Source of the DNA: an uncultured Prevotella sp.
GTDB taxonomy: Bacteria > Bacteroidota > Bacteroidia > Bacteroidales > Bacteroidaceae
Assembly (NCBI GenBank): GCA_964493905.1
Contig: CAZBQA010000008.1
Coordinates: forward strand, 13,802 to 77,801
DNA: 64,000 nucleotides
Reading direction: 5' to 3'
Shown here: positions 9,214 through 17,727 of the stretch, piece after piece
Numbering within the stretch: position 1 is the stretch's first letter
How the letters are laid out: every line of letters starts with the position of its first letter
The notes under the pieces: model-generated
The model's input: only the letters and a program-made list of their open reading frames with translations
The model's database searches: none
What the model was told of the DNA's origin: nothing
Translations under genes and position numbers: made by a program

Positions 9214-10242
9214 TTACTTGAATGTGACTTTCGAGAACGCGGGCACGTCGATGCCGCAGAACTGCTGGTCCATATATTTATAATAGCCCACGATGCCGAT
9301 CATGGCGGCATTGTCGGTGGTGTAGCTGAACTTAGGGATGTAGATGGTCCAGTGGTACTTCTCGGCATGCTCGCGGAAGGCGTTGCGCAATCCGTTGTTG
9401 GCCGATACGCCACCGGCCACAGCCACATGCTTGATGCCCGTGGTCTTGACGGCGAGGCGAAGCTTCTTCATCAGGATGTCTACGATGGTATGCTCCAGAC
9501 TGGCTGCCAGGTCTTCTTTGTGGTGATCCACAAAGTCGGGGTCCTCGGCCACCCACTTGCGCAGGTTGTAGAGGAACGAGGTCTTCAGGCCCGAGAACGA
9601 ATAGTCCATGCCCGGGATATGAGGCTCCGAGAACTGATAGGCCAACGGGTTGCCCTGGCGTGCCAGCTTGTCGATGATGGGTCCGCCTGGATACCCCAGC
9701 CCCATGACCTTCGAGCATTTGTCGATGGCCTCACCGGCAGCATCGTCGATGGTCTGTCCGAGCACCTCCATATCGTTGTAGGCATTGACCTTCACGATCT
9801 GCGAGTTGCCGCCCGAGACAAGCAGGCAGATGAAGGGGAAGGGCGGCATGTGGTTGTCGTCGTCGCTCTCCTTGATATAATGTGCCATGACATGCCCCTG
9901 CAGGTGGTTCACGTCGATGAGCGGGATGTCGAGACTACGGGCAAAGCCCTTGGCAAAGCTCACGCCCACGAGCAGCGAGCCCATGAGTCCGGGACCGCGT
10001 GTGAAGGCCACCGCCGACAGCTGCTCCTTGGTGATGCCAGCCCGCTTGAGGGCCTGGTCCACCACGGGCACCACATTCTGCTGATGGGCACGGCTGGCCA
10101 GCTCGGGCACCACACCACCGTATGCACGGTGCACCTCTTGCGAGGCCGTGACATTGCTCAGCAACACACCGTTTCTCAAGACCGCAGCCGACGTGTCGTC
10201 GCAGCTGCTCTCTATACCTAATATATATATGTCTTCCAACAT
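9214..10242 (-). CDS. tsaD: tRNA N6-adenosine threonylcarbamoyltransferase
   Basis: MLEDIYILGIESSCDDTSAAVL... is the Kae1/TsaD N-terminus. I chose the ATG at 10242; the longer ORF reaching 10314 would overlap the end of map. Confidence 0.93.
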   Translation of the reverse strand: MLEDIYILGIESSCDDTSAAVLRNGVLLSNVTASQEVHRAYGGVVPELASRAHQQNVVPVVDQALKRAGITKEQLSAVAFTRGPGLMGSLLVGVSFAKGFARSLDIPLIDVNHLQGHVMAHYIKESDDDNHMPPFPFICLLVSGGNSQIVKVNAYNDMEVLGQTIDDAAGEAIDKCSKVMGLGYPGGPIIDKLARQGNPLAYQFSEPHIPGMDYSFSGLKTSFLYNLRKWVAEDPDFVDHHKEDLAASLEHTIVDILMKKLRLAVKTTGIKHVAVAGGVSANNGLRNAFREHAEKYHWTIYIPKFSYTTDNAAMIGIVGYYKYMDQQFCGIDVPAFSKVTFK

Positions 10243-10291
10243 TTCACTTATCTCCTTTTTCGCATTAAATGGATAAAAATAACATGCCGAC

Positions 10292-11158
10292 TTATTCGGA
10301 CAGCACCTCGACACCCGTCTCGGTCATGAGGAACGTATGCTCCCACTGTGCCGAGGGCAGCTCATCGCCAGTGATGACCTCCCAGCCGTAGGGGTCGTCC
10401 TCATCGATAAACACCTTCCAGGTGCCCATGTTGACCATCGGCTCGATGGTGAAGGTCATGCCCGGCACGAGCAGCATGCCCGTACCCTTATGGCCATAGT
10501 GTACGATATCGGGTTGCTCGTGCATGTCGAGGCCCACGCCGTGACCACAAAGGTCGCGCACCACGCCGTAGTGGTATTTCTCGGCGTGCTTCTGGATGGC
10601 ATGGCCGATGTCGCCCACAAAGCAGTAGGGCTTGGCCGCCTCGGCTCCAATCTCAAGACACTCCTTTGTCACGCGCACCAGCTGTTCCTTCTCGGGGGTG
10701 GTCTTGCCACCGATGATGAACATGCGCGAGGCATCGCCGTAATAGCCGTTATAGTCGAGCGTCATGTCCACGTTCACGATGTCGCCCTCCTTGAGCACAT
10801 CCTCTTTCTTGGGAATGCCGTGGCACACCACCTCATTGATGCTCGTACACACACTCTTGGGAAATCCCTCGTAGTTGAGACACGAGGGGTGACAGTTGTG
10901 CTCCTCGCAATATTTCATGCAGATGTCGTCGATGTCCTGGGTGGTCATGCCCGGGCAGATGGCAGCCGCCACGGCGTCGAGGCAGCCCGTGTTGAGCTTG
11001 CCTGCAATGCGTATTCCCTCAATCTGTTCGGGGGTTCGCACCATATCGCGGGTAGGGACCTCCTTTCCCTTGTTCTCCCAATACATCACCTGTTTGTCGA
11101 GCTCTGTGACGGGCTGTCCTGGCAGGCAATGCCATCTTTTCTTTTTCTTAAAACCCAT
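10292..11158 (-). CDS. map: Type I methionine aminopeptidase
   Basis: The 288-aa ORF carries the metal-ligand context ...VCHGIP...DIVNVDMT...GHGVG...TIEP...EHT. Confidence 0.93.
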   Translation of the reverse strand: MGFKKKKRWHCLPGQPVTELDKQVMYWENKGKEVPTRDMVRTPEQIEGIRIAGKLNTGCLDAVAAAICPGMTTQDIDDICMKYCEEHNCHPSCLNYEGFPKSVCTSINEVVCHGIPKKEDVLKEGDIVNVDMTLDYNGYYGDASRMFIIGGKTTPEKEQLVRVTKECLEIGAEAAKPYCFVGDIGHAIQKHAEKYHYGVVRDLCGHGVGLDMHEQPDIVHYGHKGTGMLLVPGMTFTIEPMVNMGTWKVFIDEDDPYGWEVITGDELPSAQWEHTFLMTETGVEVLSE

Positions 11159-11179
11159 ATTATATAATTTATTGGCTTA

Positions 11180-11187
11180 CAAAGTTA
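11180..11187 (-). promoter_or_regulatory. -7 promoter box TAACTTTG upstream of map
   Basis: The minus strand reads TAACTTTG 22 nt upstream of the map ATG at 11158. Confidence 0.5.
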
Positions 11188-11257
11188 ATACTTTTGGAGC
11201 GAACAGGCACACATAAACTTGAAAAAATAACAAACCGTGTGCCCATGTCTCCCAACG

Positions 11258-11881
11258 TCACATTCCCACCAGCTCGAACACCCTACCCGTCCAGTCGTCG
11301 CCGTTCACCGGACAATAGGTGAGATACCCCAGTTCGCTGGCTGCCGCACAGTTGCGCGGACTGTCGTCTACGAAGAGTATCTCGTGCGGCAGCGTGCGCT
11401 CCTCGGCCAGGATATGGCGGAAGAAGTGTTCGCTGGGCTTCATCAGACCAACCTCATAACTGCGGTAGAGCCTGTCGAGATAATGGCTGACGGGCAGCCC
11501 CTCGGGCGAGAAATCGGCCGAGTCGGCCCACGCCTGGATAAAGCCATTGGTGTTCGAGGCCAGCACCAGCCGGAAGCCCCGCTCACGGAGCCTCACCAGC
11601 GCATCGAGACAGCGCCGGGGCACCTCTTTCATGTAGCCCATCCAGGCATATTGGCACTGTGCCCAGGTAAGGGGCTTGCCGGCGTGGTCGCTCAGGCGCG
11701 CCCTGAAGTCTTCCTCGGTGATGCGTCCCTGTTCCAGGTCGCCAAAGATACCCGACTGCACGTAAGGGTCGAGCAGATGGCGGGCATCGGCAATGCCAAT
11801 CTCCTCGAAGCGGCGCACGGGCTCGTCGTTGTCGATGGTGACGATGACGCCACCCATATCAAAGGCAATGGTCTTGATCAT
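11258..11881 (-). CDS. HAD superfamily hydrolase (YihX-like motif I, FDMGGV)
   Basis: The 207-aa ORF starts MIKTIAFDMGGVIVTID and contains ...LASNTN...VDDSPRN, the HAD motifs I-III. Confidence 0.8.
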   Translation of the reverse strand: MIKTIAFDMGGVIVTIDNDEPVRRFEEIGIADARHLLDPYVQSGIFGDLEQGRITEEDFRARLSDHAGKPLTWAQCQYAWMGYMKEVPRRCLDALVRLRERGFRLVLASNTNGFIQAWADSADFSPEGLPVSHYLDRLYRSYEVGLMKPSEHFFRHILAEERTLPHEILFVDDSPRNCAAASELGYLTYCPVNGDDWTGRVFELVGM

Positions 11882-11904
11882 GTCTGTAGCGGTGAGCTGT
11901 CCGG

Positions 11905-14673
11905 TTATGCCTCGTCAAAGAGGTTGAGCCTGTTGCGGCGCGCCTCCTCCAGCGAGACAATGCGCTGCTGCTCCTTGGCATATTTCTCTCTGAGCTGGGC
12001 ATATTTCTCCACCAGTTCGTGTTCGTATTTCTTCTTCTCCTCGGCGTTCGACAGGCGTGCGGCGGCGAGCACGTTCTGTGCCGCGTCTTTCATCCACACC
12101 ACCGGACCGTCGTATTCGATGGCGATCTTCAGAGCCACGTGCAGTTGCGAGGTGGTGGCACCGCCAATCATGATAGGAATGGTGAGTCCGGCCTGCCGCA
12201 TCTCGCGCGCCGTGTTGACCATCTCCTCGAGCGACGGTGTGATCAGGCCGCTCAGTCCCACGAAGTCGACCTTCTCTTCTATGGCCTTCTTCACGATCTG
12301 TTCGGGCGGCACCATCACCCCCATGTCGATCACCTCATAGTTGTTGCATGCCATCACCACGCCCACGATGTTCTTGCCAATGTCGTGTACGTCGCCCTTG
12401 ACGGTGGCAAGGATGATTTTCCCGGCCTTCACCGCCCCGCCCTTCTTCTCGGCCTCGATATACGGCTGCAGGATGGCCACGGCCTGTTTCATGGTACGGG
12501 CAGTCTTCACCACCTGGGGCAGGAACATCTTACCGGCCCCAAAGAGCTCGCCCACCTCGTTCATGCCGTCCATGAGCGGACCCTCGATGATGTCGACAGC
12601 GTGGTCATACTGTGTAAGGGCTTCGTGGAGGTCTTCGTCGAGATGCTCGGCGATGCCCTTGCGCAGGGCATAACCCAAGCGTGCCGAGAGGTCGAGGTGG
12701 CGCCACTCCTCCTCGGGTGCCGCCTGTCGTTCACCCGTGCCGCCGTTCTCGGCAGCCTTGCGTGCCTCTTGTTCGGCCTTGACCTTTTCGGCCAGGGCTA
12801 TGAGGTCTTCCGAGGCCCCCGGCCTGCGGTTGAGCACCACGTCCTCGATGATCTTGAGATGGTCTTCGGGTATGTCGGCATAGGTCACCTTCGTGGCGGG
12901 GTTCACGATGCCGAAGTCCATGCCTTCCTGGATGGCATGATAGAGAAACACGGCGTGCATGGCCTCACGTATATAGTTGTTGCCACGGAACGAGAAGCTC
13001 AGGTTGCTCACACCGCCGCTCACATGGGCTCCGGGCAGGTGGTCTTTGATCCATCGTGTGGCGCGGATAAAGTCGACGGCATAGTTGTCGTGCTCGTCCA
13101 TACCGGTGGCAATGGCCAGTATGTTGGGGTCGAAGATAATATCCAGCGGATTGATACCAACCTTCTCTGTCAGAAGTCGATAGGCACGTTCGGCAATCTC
13201 GATGCGCCGTTCGTATGACGTGGCCTGCCCCTGTTCGTCGAAGCACATCACCACGACGGCGGCCCCCAGCCGCTTGACGTCACGGGCATGTTGCAGGAAA
13301 GCCTCCTCGCCTTCTTTCAGCGAGATCGAGTTGACGATGCTCTTGCCTTGCAGACACTTCAGTCCGGCGGCGATGACCTCCCATTTCGACGAGTCGATCA
13401 TCACCGGCACACGGGCAATCTCGGGCTCGGCAGCCACCAGGTTGAGAAAGGTGGTCATCTCTTCGCGCGCGTCGAGCAGTCCGTCGTCCATGTTCACATC
13501 GAGCACCAGCGCCCCATCCTCCACCTGCTTGCGGGCGATAGACAGGGCCTCCTCGTAGTTCTTCTCCTTAATGAGTCGCAGAAACTTCTTCGAGCCGGCC
13601 ACGTTGCAGCGCTCGCCCACGTTCACAAAGTTGATCTCGGGCGTCACGTCGAGCAGCTCGAGCCCCGACAGCCACATGGTGGCAGGCGCGGACTGCGGCA
13701 CATGCGGCTTCTTGCCCTGCGACAGCAGGTAGTAGCTATGGATAAACTCCTCGGTGGTGCCACAGCATCCGCCGACGATGTTGACCAGCCCCTCGTCCAT
13801 AAACTCGCCAATCTGGGGCGACATGCTCTCGGCCGTCTCGTCGTATCTGCCCATCGAGTTGGGCAGTCCGGCATTGGGATAGGCCGAGAGGAAATAGGGT
13901 GACTTCTGGGCGAGTTGTTTGAGATAGGGCTTCATCTGCGTGGCACCAAACGAGCAGTTGAGTCCCACCGAGAAGATGTCGTATTCGCTCACGCTGCCCA
14001 GAAAAGCCTCGAGGGTCTGACCGCTCAGCGTGCGGCCGGCAAGGTCGCTCACGGTCACGCTGAGCATGATGGGCAACTTCACGCCGCGGGCCTGCATCAC
14101 GGTGTTGCAGGCATCGACGGCACACTTGGCGTTGAGCGTGTCGAAGATGGTCTCTATCAGCAAGATATCCACGCCTCCCTCCACCAAAGCAGTAATCTGC
14201 TCGATGTAAGCCTCGCGCAGGTCGTCGTAGCGCAGGTCGCGCGCCGCGGGGTTGCTCACGTCGGGACTCATCGAGAGGGTCTTGTTGGTGGGCCCCACCG
14301 ACCCGGCCACAAAGCGGGGCCAGGCCTCGGTAGAAAACTCGTCGGCCGCCTCGCGGGCCAGTCGTGCCCCTTCGAGGTTGAGCGCGCGGCTCTGGTCGGC
14401 CAGGTGGTAGTCGGCCTGCGACACACGCTGGCTGGAGAAGGTGTTGGTGCTGATGATGTCGGCTCCGGCAGCCAGGTATTTGCGGTGGATGGTCTTGATG
14501 ACATCGGGACGAGTGAGGTTCAGCACGTCGTTGTTGCCGCGCAGCTGGCCCTGATAGTCTTTGAACAGCTCTCCCCTGAAATCGTCTTCCTTTAACGCGC
14601 AATCCTGAATCATGGTGCCCATGGCACCGTCGAGTATCAAAATCTTCTCTCTTGCAATAGAATAGATATCCAT
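11905..14673 (-). CDS. metH: Cobalamin-dependent methionine synthase (Hcy, pterin, cap and B12 domains; no C-terminal AdoMet reactivation domain)
   Basis: The ORF starts [23 protein letters not shown] and contains GGCCGTT (Hcy Zn site) and [11 protein letters not shown] (the DxHxxG B12 motif). From the ATG at 14673 it is 922 aa. Confidence 0.93.
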   Translation of the reverse strand: MDIYSIAREKILILDGAMGTMIQDCALKEDDFRGELFKDYQGQLRGNNDVLNLTRPDVIKTIHRKYLAAGADIISTNTFSSQRVSQADYHLADQSRALNLEGARLAREAADEFSTEAWPRFVAGSVGPTNKTLSMSPDVSNPAARDLRYDDLREAYIEQITALVEGGVDILLIETIFDTLNAKCAVDACNTVMQARGVKLPIMLSVTVSDLAGRTLSGQTLEAFLGSVSEYDIFSVGLNCSFGATQMKPYLKQLAQKSPYFLSAYPNAGLPNSMGRYDETAESMSPQIGEFMDEGLVNIVGGCCGTTEEFIHSYYLLSQGKKPHVPQSAPATMWLSGLELLDVTPEINFVNVGERCNVAGSKKFLRLIKEKNYEEALSIARKQVEDGALVLDVNMDDGLLDAREEMTTFLNLVAAEPEIARVPVMIDSSKWEVIAAGLKCLQGKSIVNSISLKEGEEAFLQHARDVKRLGAAVVVMCFDEQGQATSYERRIEIAERAYRLLTEKVGINPLDIIFDPNILAIATGMDEHDNYAVDFIRATRWIKDHLPGAHVSGGVSNLSFSFRGNNYIREAMHAVFLYHAIQEGMDFGIVNPATKVTYADIPEDHLKIIEDVVLNRRPGASEDLIALAEKVKAEQEARKAAENGGTGERQAAPEEEWRHLDLSARLGYALRKGIAEHLDEDLHEALTQYDHAVDIIEGPLMDGMNEVGELFGAGKMFLPQVVKTARTMKQAVAILQPYIEAEKKGGAVKAGKIILATVKGDVHDIGKNIVGVVMACNNYEVIDMGVMVPPEQIVKKAIEEKVDFVGLSGLITPSLEEMVNTAREMRQAGLTIPIMIGGATTSQLHVALKIAIEYDGPVVWMKDAAQNVLAAARLSNAEEKKKYEHELVEKYAQLREKYAKEQQRIVSLEEARRNRLNLFDEA

Positions 14674-14683
14674 AATCTTTACC

Positions 14684-15163
14684 CTAAAAATGCTTGATGG
14701 CACGGTCCATCTCTCGGCGGTCTTCCTTCTCTTTGAGGCTCTGCCGCTTGTCATACTCCTTCTTGCCTCGTGCGAGGGCGATGTCTACCTTGGCACGCCC
14801 GTGGCTGTCGATGAAGATGAGGATGGGCACGATGGTCAAGCCCGGTGCCTTGGTATCTTCCATCAGGCGGCGTATCTCGCGCTTGTTGAGCAGTAGCTTG
14901 CGGTCGCGGCGCGCCTCGTGGTTGGCATACGAGCCATAGAAATAAGGCGAGATGTTCATGCCCTTGACCCACAGCTCGCCGTTGTTGATATAACAGAAGG
15001 TGTCGACCAGCGATGCCTTGCCCATCCGTATCGACTTGATCTCGGTACCTGTGAGCACGATGCCGGCGGTATAGACGTCGATGAAGTTATACTCGAACGA
15101 TGCCCTCTTATTCTTTATCTGTATGGGACTTTTCTTTCTCAGTTCCTGTTCTGTCTTATTCAT
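14684..15163 (-). CDS. smpB: SsrA-binding protein
   Basis: [46 protein letters not shown] is the typical SmpB sequence. The ATG at 15163 overlaps the upstream gene's stop by 8 nt. Confidence 0.92.
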   Translation of the reverse strand: MNKTEQELRKKSPIQIKNKRASFEYNFIDVYTAGIVLTGTEIKSIRMGKASLVDTFCYINNGELWVKGMNISPYFYGSYANHEARRDRKLLLNKREIRRLMEDTKAPGLTIVPILIFIDSHGRAKVDIALARGKKEYDKRQSLKEKEDRREMDRAIKHF

Positions 15164-15665
15164 TGACGATGGTTGCAAAGTTTTCGATATGCTCATCCAC
15201 GTAGTGGGCCACGGCAGCGGTAAACTCCTCCTCGCCCTCGACGAAGGCATCGTCGAAGTCGTCGAACTCGGGGAAGCGCTCGTACAGCGCGTCAAACTCC
15301 TCCTGCGTACAGTCTTTCTCGATCTCCTCGTGATGCACGTTGTACACGCGATGGCATTTGTTGATAATCTTGTAGAGTGGTTGCAGGCCCCAGTTGCGCA
15401 GGGCCTTGTCGAGCGGGTTGCGGAAGACGAAGGGGCCCAGGCCGTTGTGGATGAGCTGCACGAAGCCGCCGTCCATCACCTCGTCGCGCAGGGCCACATA
15501 GCCCAGCAGTGTGATCTGGTCGGCATTGAGCTCGCCCATGTTGTCGGCCGAGAGCTCACCCCCAATAGCATGATGGATGGCATCAGTGAACACCTTGATA
15601 AACTCGTCCATCCCCTCTTCTGCAGCGCGCTGCAAGTCAGCGTCTTTTACTTGTACCTCTACCAT
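15156..15665 (-). CDS. DMP19-like (DUF4375) very acidic protein
   Basis: The 169-aa ORF is rich in D/E and contains [16 protein letters not shown], which resembles the GGFxQ core of the DMP19/DUF4375 family. It is the first gene of the operon with smpB and metH. The family call is from memory only. Confidence 0.55.
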   Translation of the reverse strand: MVEVQVKDADLQRAAEEGMDEFIKVFTDAIHHAIGGELSADNMGELNADQITLLGYVALRDEVMDGGFVQLIHNGLGPFVFRNPLDKALRNWGLQPLYKIINKCHRVYNVHHEEIEKDCTQEEFDALYERFPEFDDFDDAFVEGEEEFTAAVAHYVDEHIENFATIVNE

Positions 15666-15688
15666 GATCTGTAATATGATTCTTTTTG

Positions 15689-15696
15689 CAAAGGTA
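15689..15696 (-). promoter_or_regulatory. -7 promoter box TACCTTTG for the DMP19-like/smpB/metH operon
   Basis: The minus strand reads TACCTTTG 24 nt upstream of the ATG at 15665. Confidence 0.55.
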
Positions 15697-15900
15697 CATA
15701 TTATATTGTTGATATTTCATTTTGGAAACATAAAAGGATGTTAAAATTCCTGCCCATCCCCTGCTCTGCACCCTGCTGCTCGCCCGTCGGCCGCAGCCCC
15801 ATCGGCAGGTTGTGGCTCTTTTCTTCACTTCCGATAATGGTCGTCGGCCACTGTGGTGGCACCGTTCGGCCACCGCCTGCCCATGCCACAGCGTGTGTGC

Positions 15901-15988
15901 TTCGAGTCGAAGCAGCGTATGCTTCTACTCGAAACAGACCCTGATTCGACTCGAAGCAGACCCTGCTTCGACCCGAAAGAGCCCTCAC
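15901..15988. repeat. Tandem array of four 22-bp doubly palindromic units (locus 1 of 3)
   Basis: The units are TTCGAGTCGAAGCAGCGTATGC, TTCTACTCGAAACAGACCCTGA, TTCGACTCGAAGCAGACCCTGC and TTCGACCCGAAAGAGCCCTCAC. Confidence 0.85.
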
Positions 15989-16069
15989 CACCTGTCTTGG
16001 GCGTGTGCCATAAGGCATTACTGCCGCAACGTAAACGGCGTGGATGATGATTGGATGCACTTTTTTTTG

Positions 16070-16077
16070 TACTTTTG
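16070..16077 (+). promoter_or_regulatory. -7 promoter box TACTTTTG for the FKBP/cyclophilin operon
   Basis: The motif ends 18 nt upstream of the ATG at 16095. Confidence 0.55.
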
Positions 16078-16094
16078 CATCCAAAAACACAGAC

Positions 16095-16493
16095 ATGGCA
16101 AAACGCGAATATATCGAGAAAAACAGCCGGTGGCTGACCGAGAAGGTGGCTGAGGAGGGGGTGTCGGCACTTGCCGGCGGCATATATTATAAGGTGCTCA
16201 AGGCGGGCAACCCGCAAGCCGCGCAGCCCAACCGCCGCAGCATCGTCACCGTACACTATACGGGGTGGACCATCGACGGCCGGCAGTTTGACAGCAGCCG
16301 GGGCGGCACGCCCATCGCCATGCGACTGAGCGACCTCATCGACGGCTGGATCATCGCCCTGCAGCAGATGCACGTGGGCGACCGCTGGCAACTATACATC
16401 CCCGCAGAGCTGGGCTACGGTAAGTTCGCGCAGCCGGGCATACCGGGCGGCTCGACGCTCATCTTCGACATCGAACTGCTGGGGGTGGCATGA
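16095..16493 (+). CDS. FKBP-type peptidyl-prolyl cis-trans isomerase
   Basis: VTVHYTGWTIDGRQFDSS...IDGWIIALQQMHVGDRWQLYIPAELGYG...GSTLIFDIELLGV is the FKBP core. The start was chosen at the ATG at 16095. Confidence 0.9.
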   Translation: MAKREYIEKNSRWLTEKVAEEGVSALAGGIYYKVLKAGNPQAAQPNRRSIVTVHYTGWTIDGRQFDSSRGGTPIAMRLSDLIDGWIIALQQMHVGDRWQLYIPAELGYGKFAQPGIPGGSTLIFDIELLGVA

Positions 16494-17266
16494 AAACAAT
16501 TCACAAAACAAGCAATGATATGACAAAGGTACGCATAACAACATCGATGGGCGACATCGTCGTCCGTCTCTACGACGAGACACCCAAGCACCGCGACAAC
16601 TTCATCAAGCTGGTGAAGGAGGGGTTTTACAACGGCACACTGTTCCATAGGGTCATCAAAGACTTTATGGTCCAAGGCGGCGACCCCGACAGCAAGGGGG
16701 CACCGAAGGGCAAGATGCTGGGCACGGGCGGCCCGGGCTATACCCTTCCGGCCGAGATGGTCTACCCGCAGTATTTCCACAAGCGTGGTGCACTGAGCGC
16801 CGCACGTCTGGGCGACGACATGAACCCCGAGCGCGAGAGCAGCGGCAGCCAGTTCTATGTGGTGTGGGGAAAGACCTACAAGCCGCAGGAGCTGAAGCAG
16901 ATGGAACGGCAGATGGAGATGCAACAGCAGCAGGAGGTGTTCAACAGTCTGGCCAAGGCCCATCGCGAGGAGATACTCGACCTGCGCCGCAACAGAGACC
17001 GCGAAGGCCTGCAGCGGTTGCAAGACCAGCTGGCCGACCAGGCCCTGCAGCAATGTCGTGAGAAGGGCAAGCCCGCCTTCACCGACCAGCAGGTGCAAGC
17101 CTACACCACCCTGGGCGGCACACCCTTCCTCGACAATCAGTACACCGTGTTCGGTGAGGTGGAAGAGGGCCTCGACGTGGTAGGCCGCATCCAGGAGGTG
17201 GAGACCATGCGCGGCGACCGCCCCACCACCGACGTGACCATGCACATGGAGGTGGTGGAGCAATAG
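16490..17266 (+). CDS. Cyclophilin-type peptidyl-prolyl isomerase with an internal coiled-coil insertion
   Basis: The ORF contains FYNGTLFHRVIKDFMVQGGDP ... SQFYVV ... NQYTVFGEV. Its ATG overlaps the FKBP stop (ATGA). Confidence 0.9.
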   Translation: MKTIHKTSNDMTKVRITTSMGDIVVRLYDETPKHRDNFIKLVKEGFYNGTLFHRVIKDFMVQGGDPDSKGAPKGKMLGTGGPGYTLPAEMVYPQYFHKRGALSAARLGDDMNPERESSGSQFYVVWGKTYKPQELKQMERQMEMQQQQEVFNSLAKAHREEILDLRRNRDREGLQRLQDQLADQALQQCREKGKPAFTDQQVQAYTTLGGTPFLDNQYTVFGEVEEGLDVVGRIQEVETMRGDRPTTDVTMHMEVVEQ

Positions 17267-17314
17267 ACCTGACGTGCCCCTGTGCAGCAGGCGCATAGAC
17301 CGATGTAGCAAAAG

Positions 17315-17354
17315 TCGCTAAAGCCTTATCTGCAAAAGGCTTTAGCGATTTTTT
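17315..17354 (+). terminator. Rho-independent terminator after the PPIase operon
   Basis: TCGCTAAAGCCTT-ATCTGCAA-AAGGCTTTAGCGA forms a 13-bp perfect stem followed by TTTTTT. Confidence 0.85.
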
Positions 17355-17655
17355 CGTCAAGCGCAGTTGGCTATAGTTAGAGGTCTACCATCAAATGTCT
17401 TGACAGGTGCGCGCACGCATCCCTCCCAATCCCACGGCCACCGGATGTAAGGATTGCAAAAGTCGTAAACAAATCATCCGACCATCGTAACGCCTAGGCA
17501 AACGCATAATAATACATGAAAAATTATTATCATAGGGAAAGTATCGGCCATACCCTCGCACACTCCGCCGATATGATTAACGCCTTCCCTGGCATCAATC
17601 AAATTTGTTAACATTTCTTATATCTTAAAATTCATGTATTGTCGTTCATTTTAAT

Positions 17656-17663
17656 TAGTTTTG
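17656..17663 (+). promoter_or_regulatory. Candidate -7 promoter box TAGTTTTG upstream of the pectinase gene
   Basis: The motif lies in an AT-rich 370-bp intergenic region, 65 nt upstream of the ATG at 17728. Confidence 0.4.
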
Positions 17664-17727
17664 CCACAATTTTTTCTACAAACTCAAATAGCTAATATAT
17701 CTAACCCAAATCAAATTTTTAACCTCA

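Noticed and set aside
15901-15988. The possibility that the 22-bp arrays are miniature CRISPR arrays.
   Set aside because: The period is only 22 bp. The spacer halves are themselves conserved within a locus and palindromic, there is no leader, and there are no cas genes in the window.
15701-16183. Small or medium ORFs predicted across the repeat arrays: 15701-16183 -, 15812-16153 +, 15853-16047 +, 43923-44213 + and 63201-63713 +.
   Set aside because: They are read through 22-bp tandem palindromic DNA (and, for 43923-44213, through a tRNA gene). They use non-ATG starts, and their periodic peptide patterns merely reflect the DNA repeat.
17360-17727. The pectinase gene as a horizontally acquired island, suggested by the AT-rich upstream region.
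   Set aside because: Hand counts inside the gene give about 45-57% GC depending on the line (around 53% overall), which is not clearly different from the genome. AT-rich upstream regions are normal promoters here. I found no flanking repeats.
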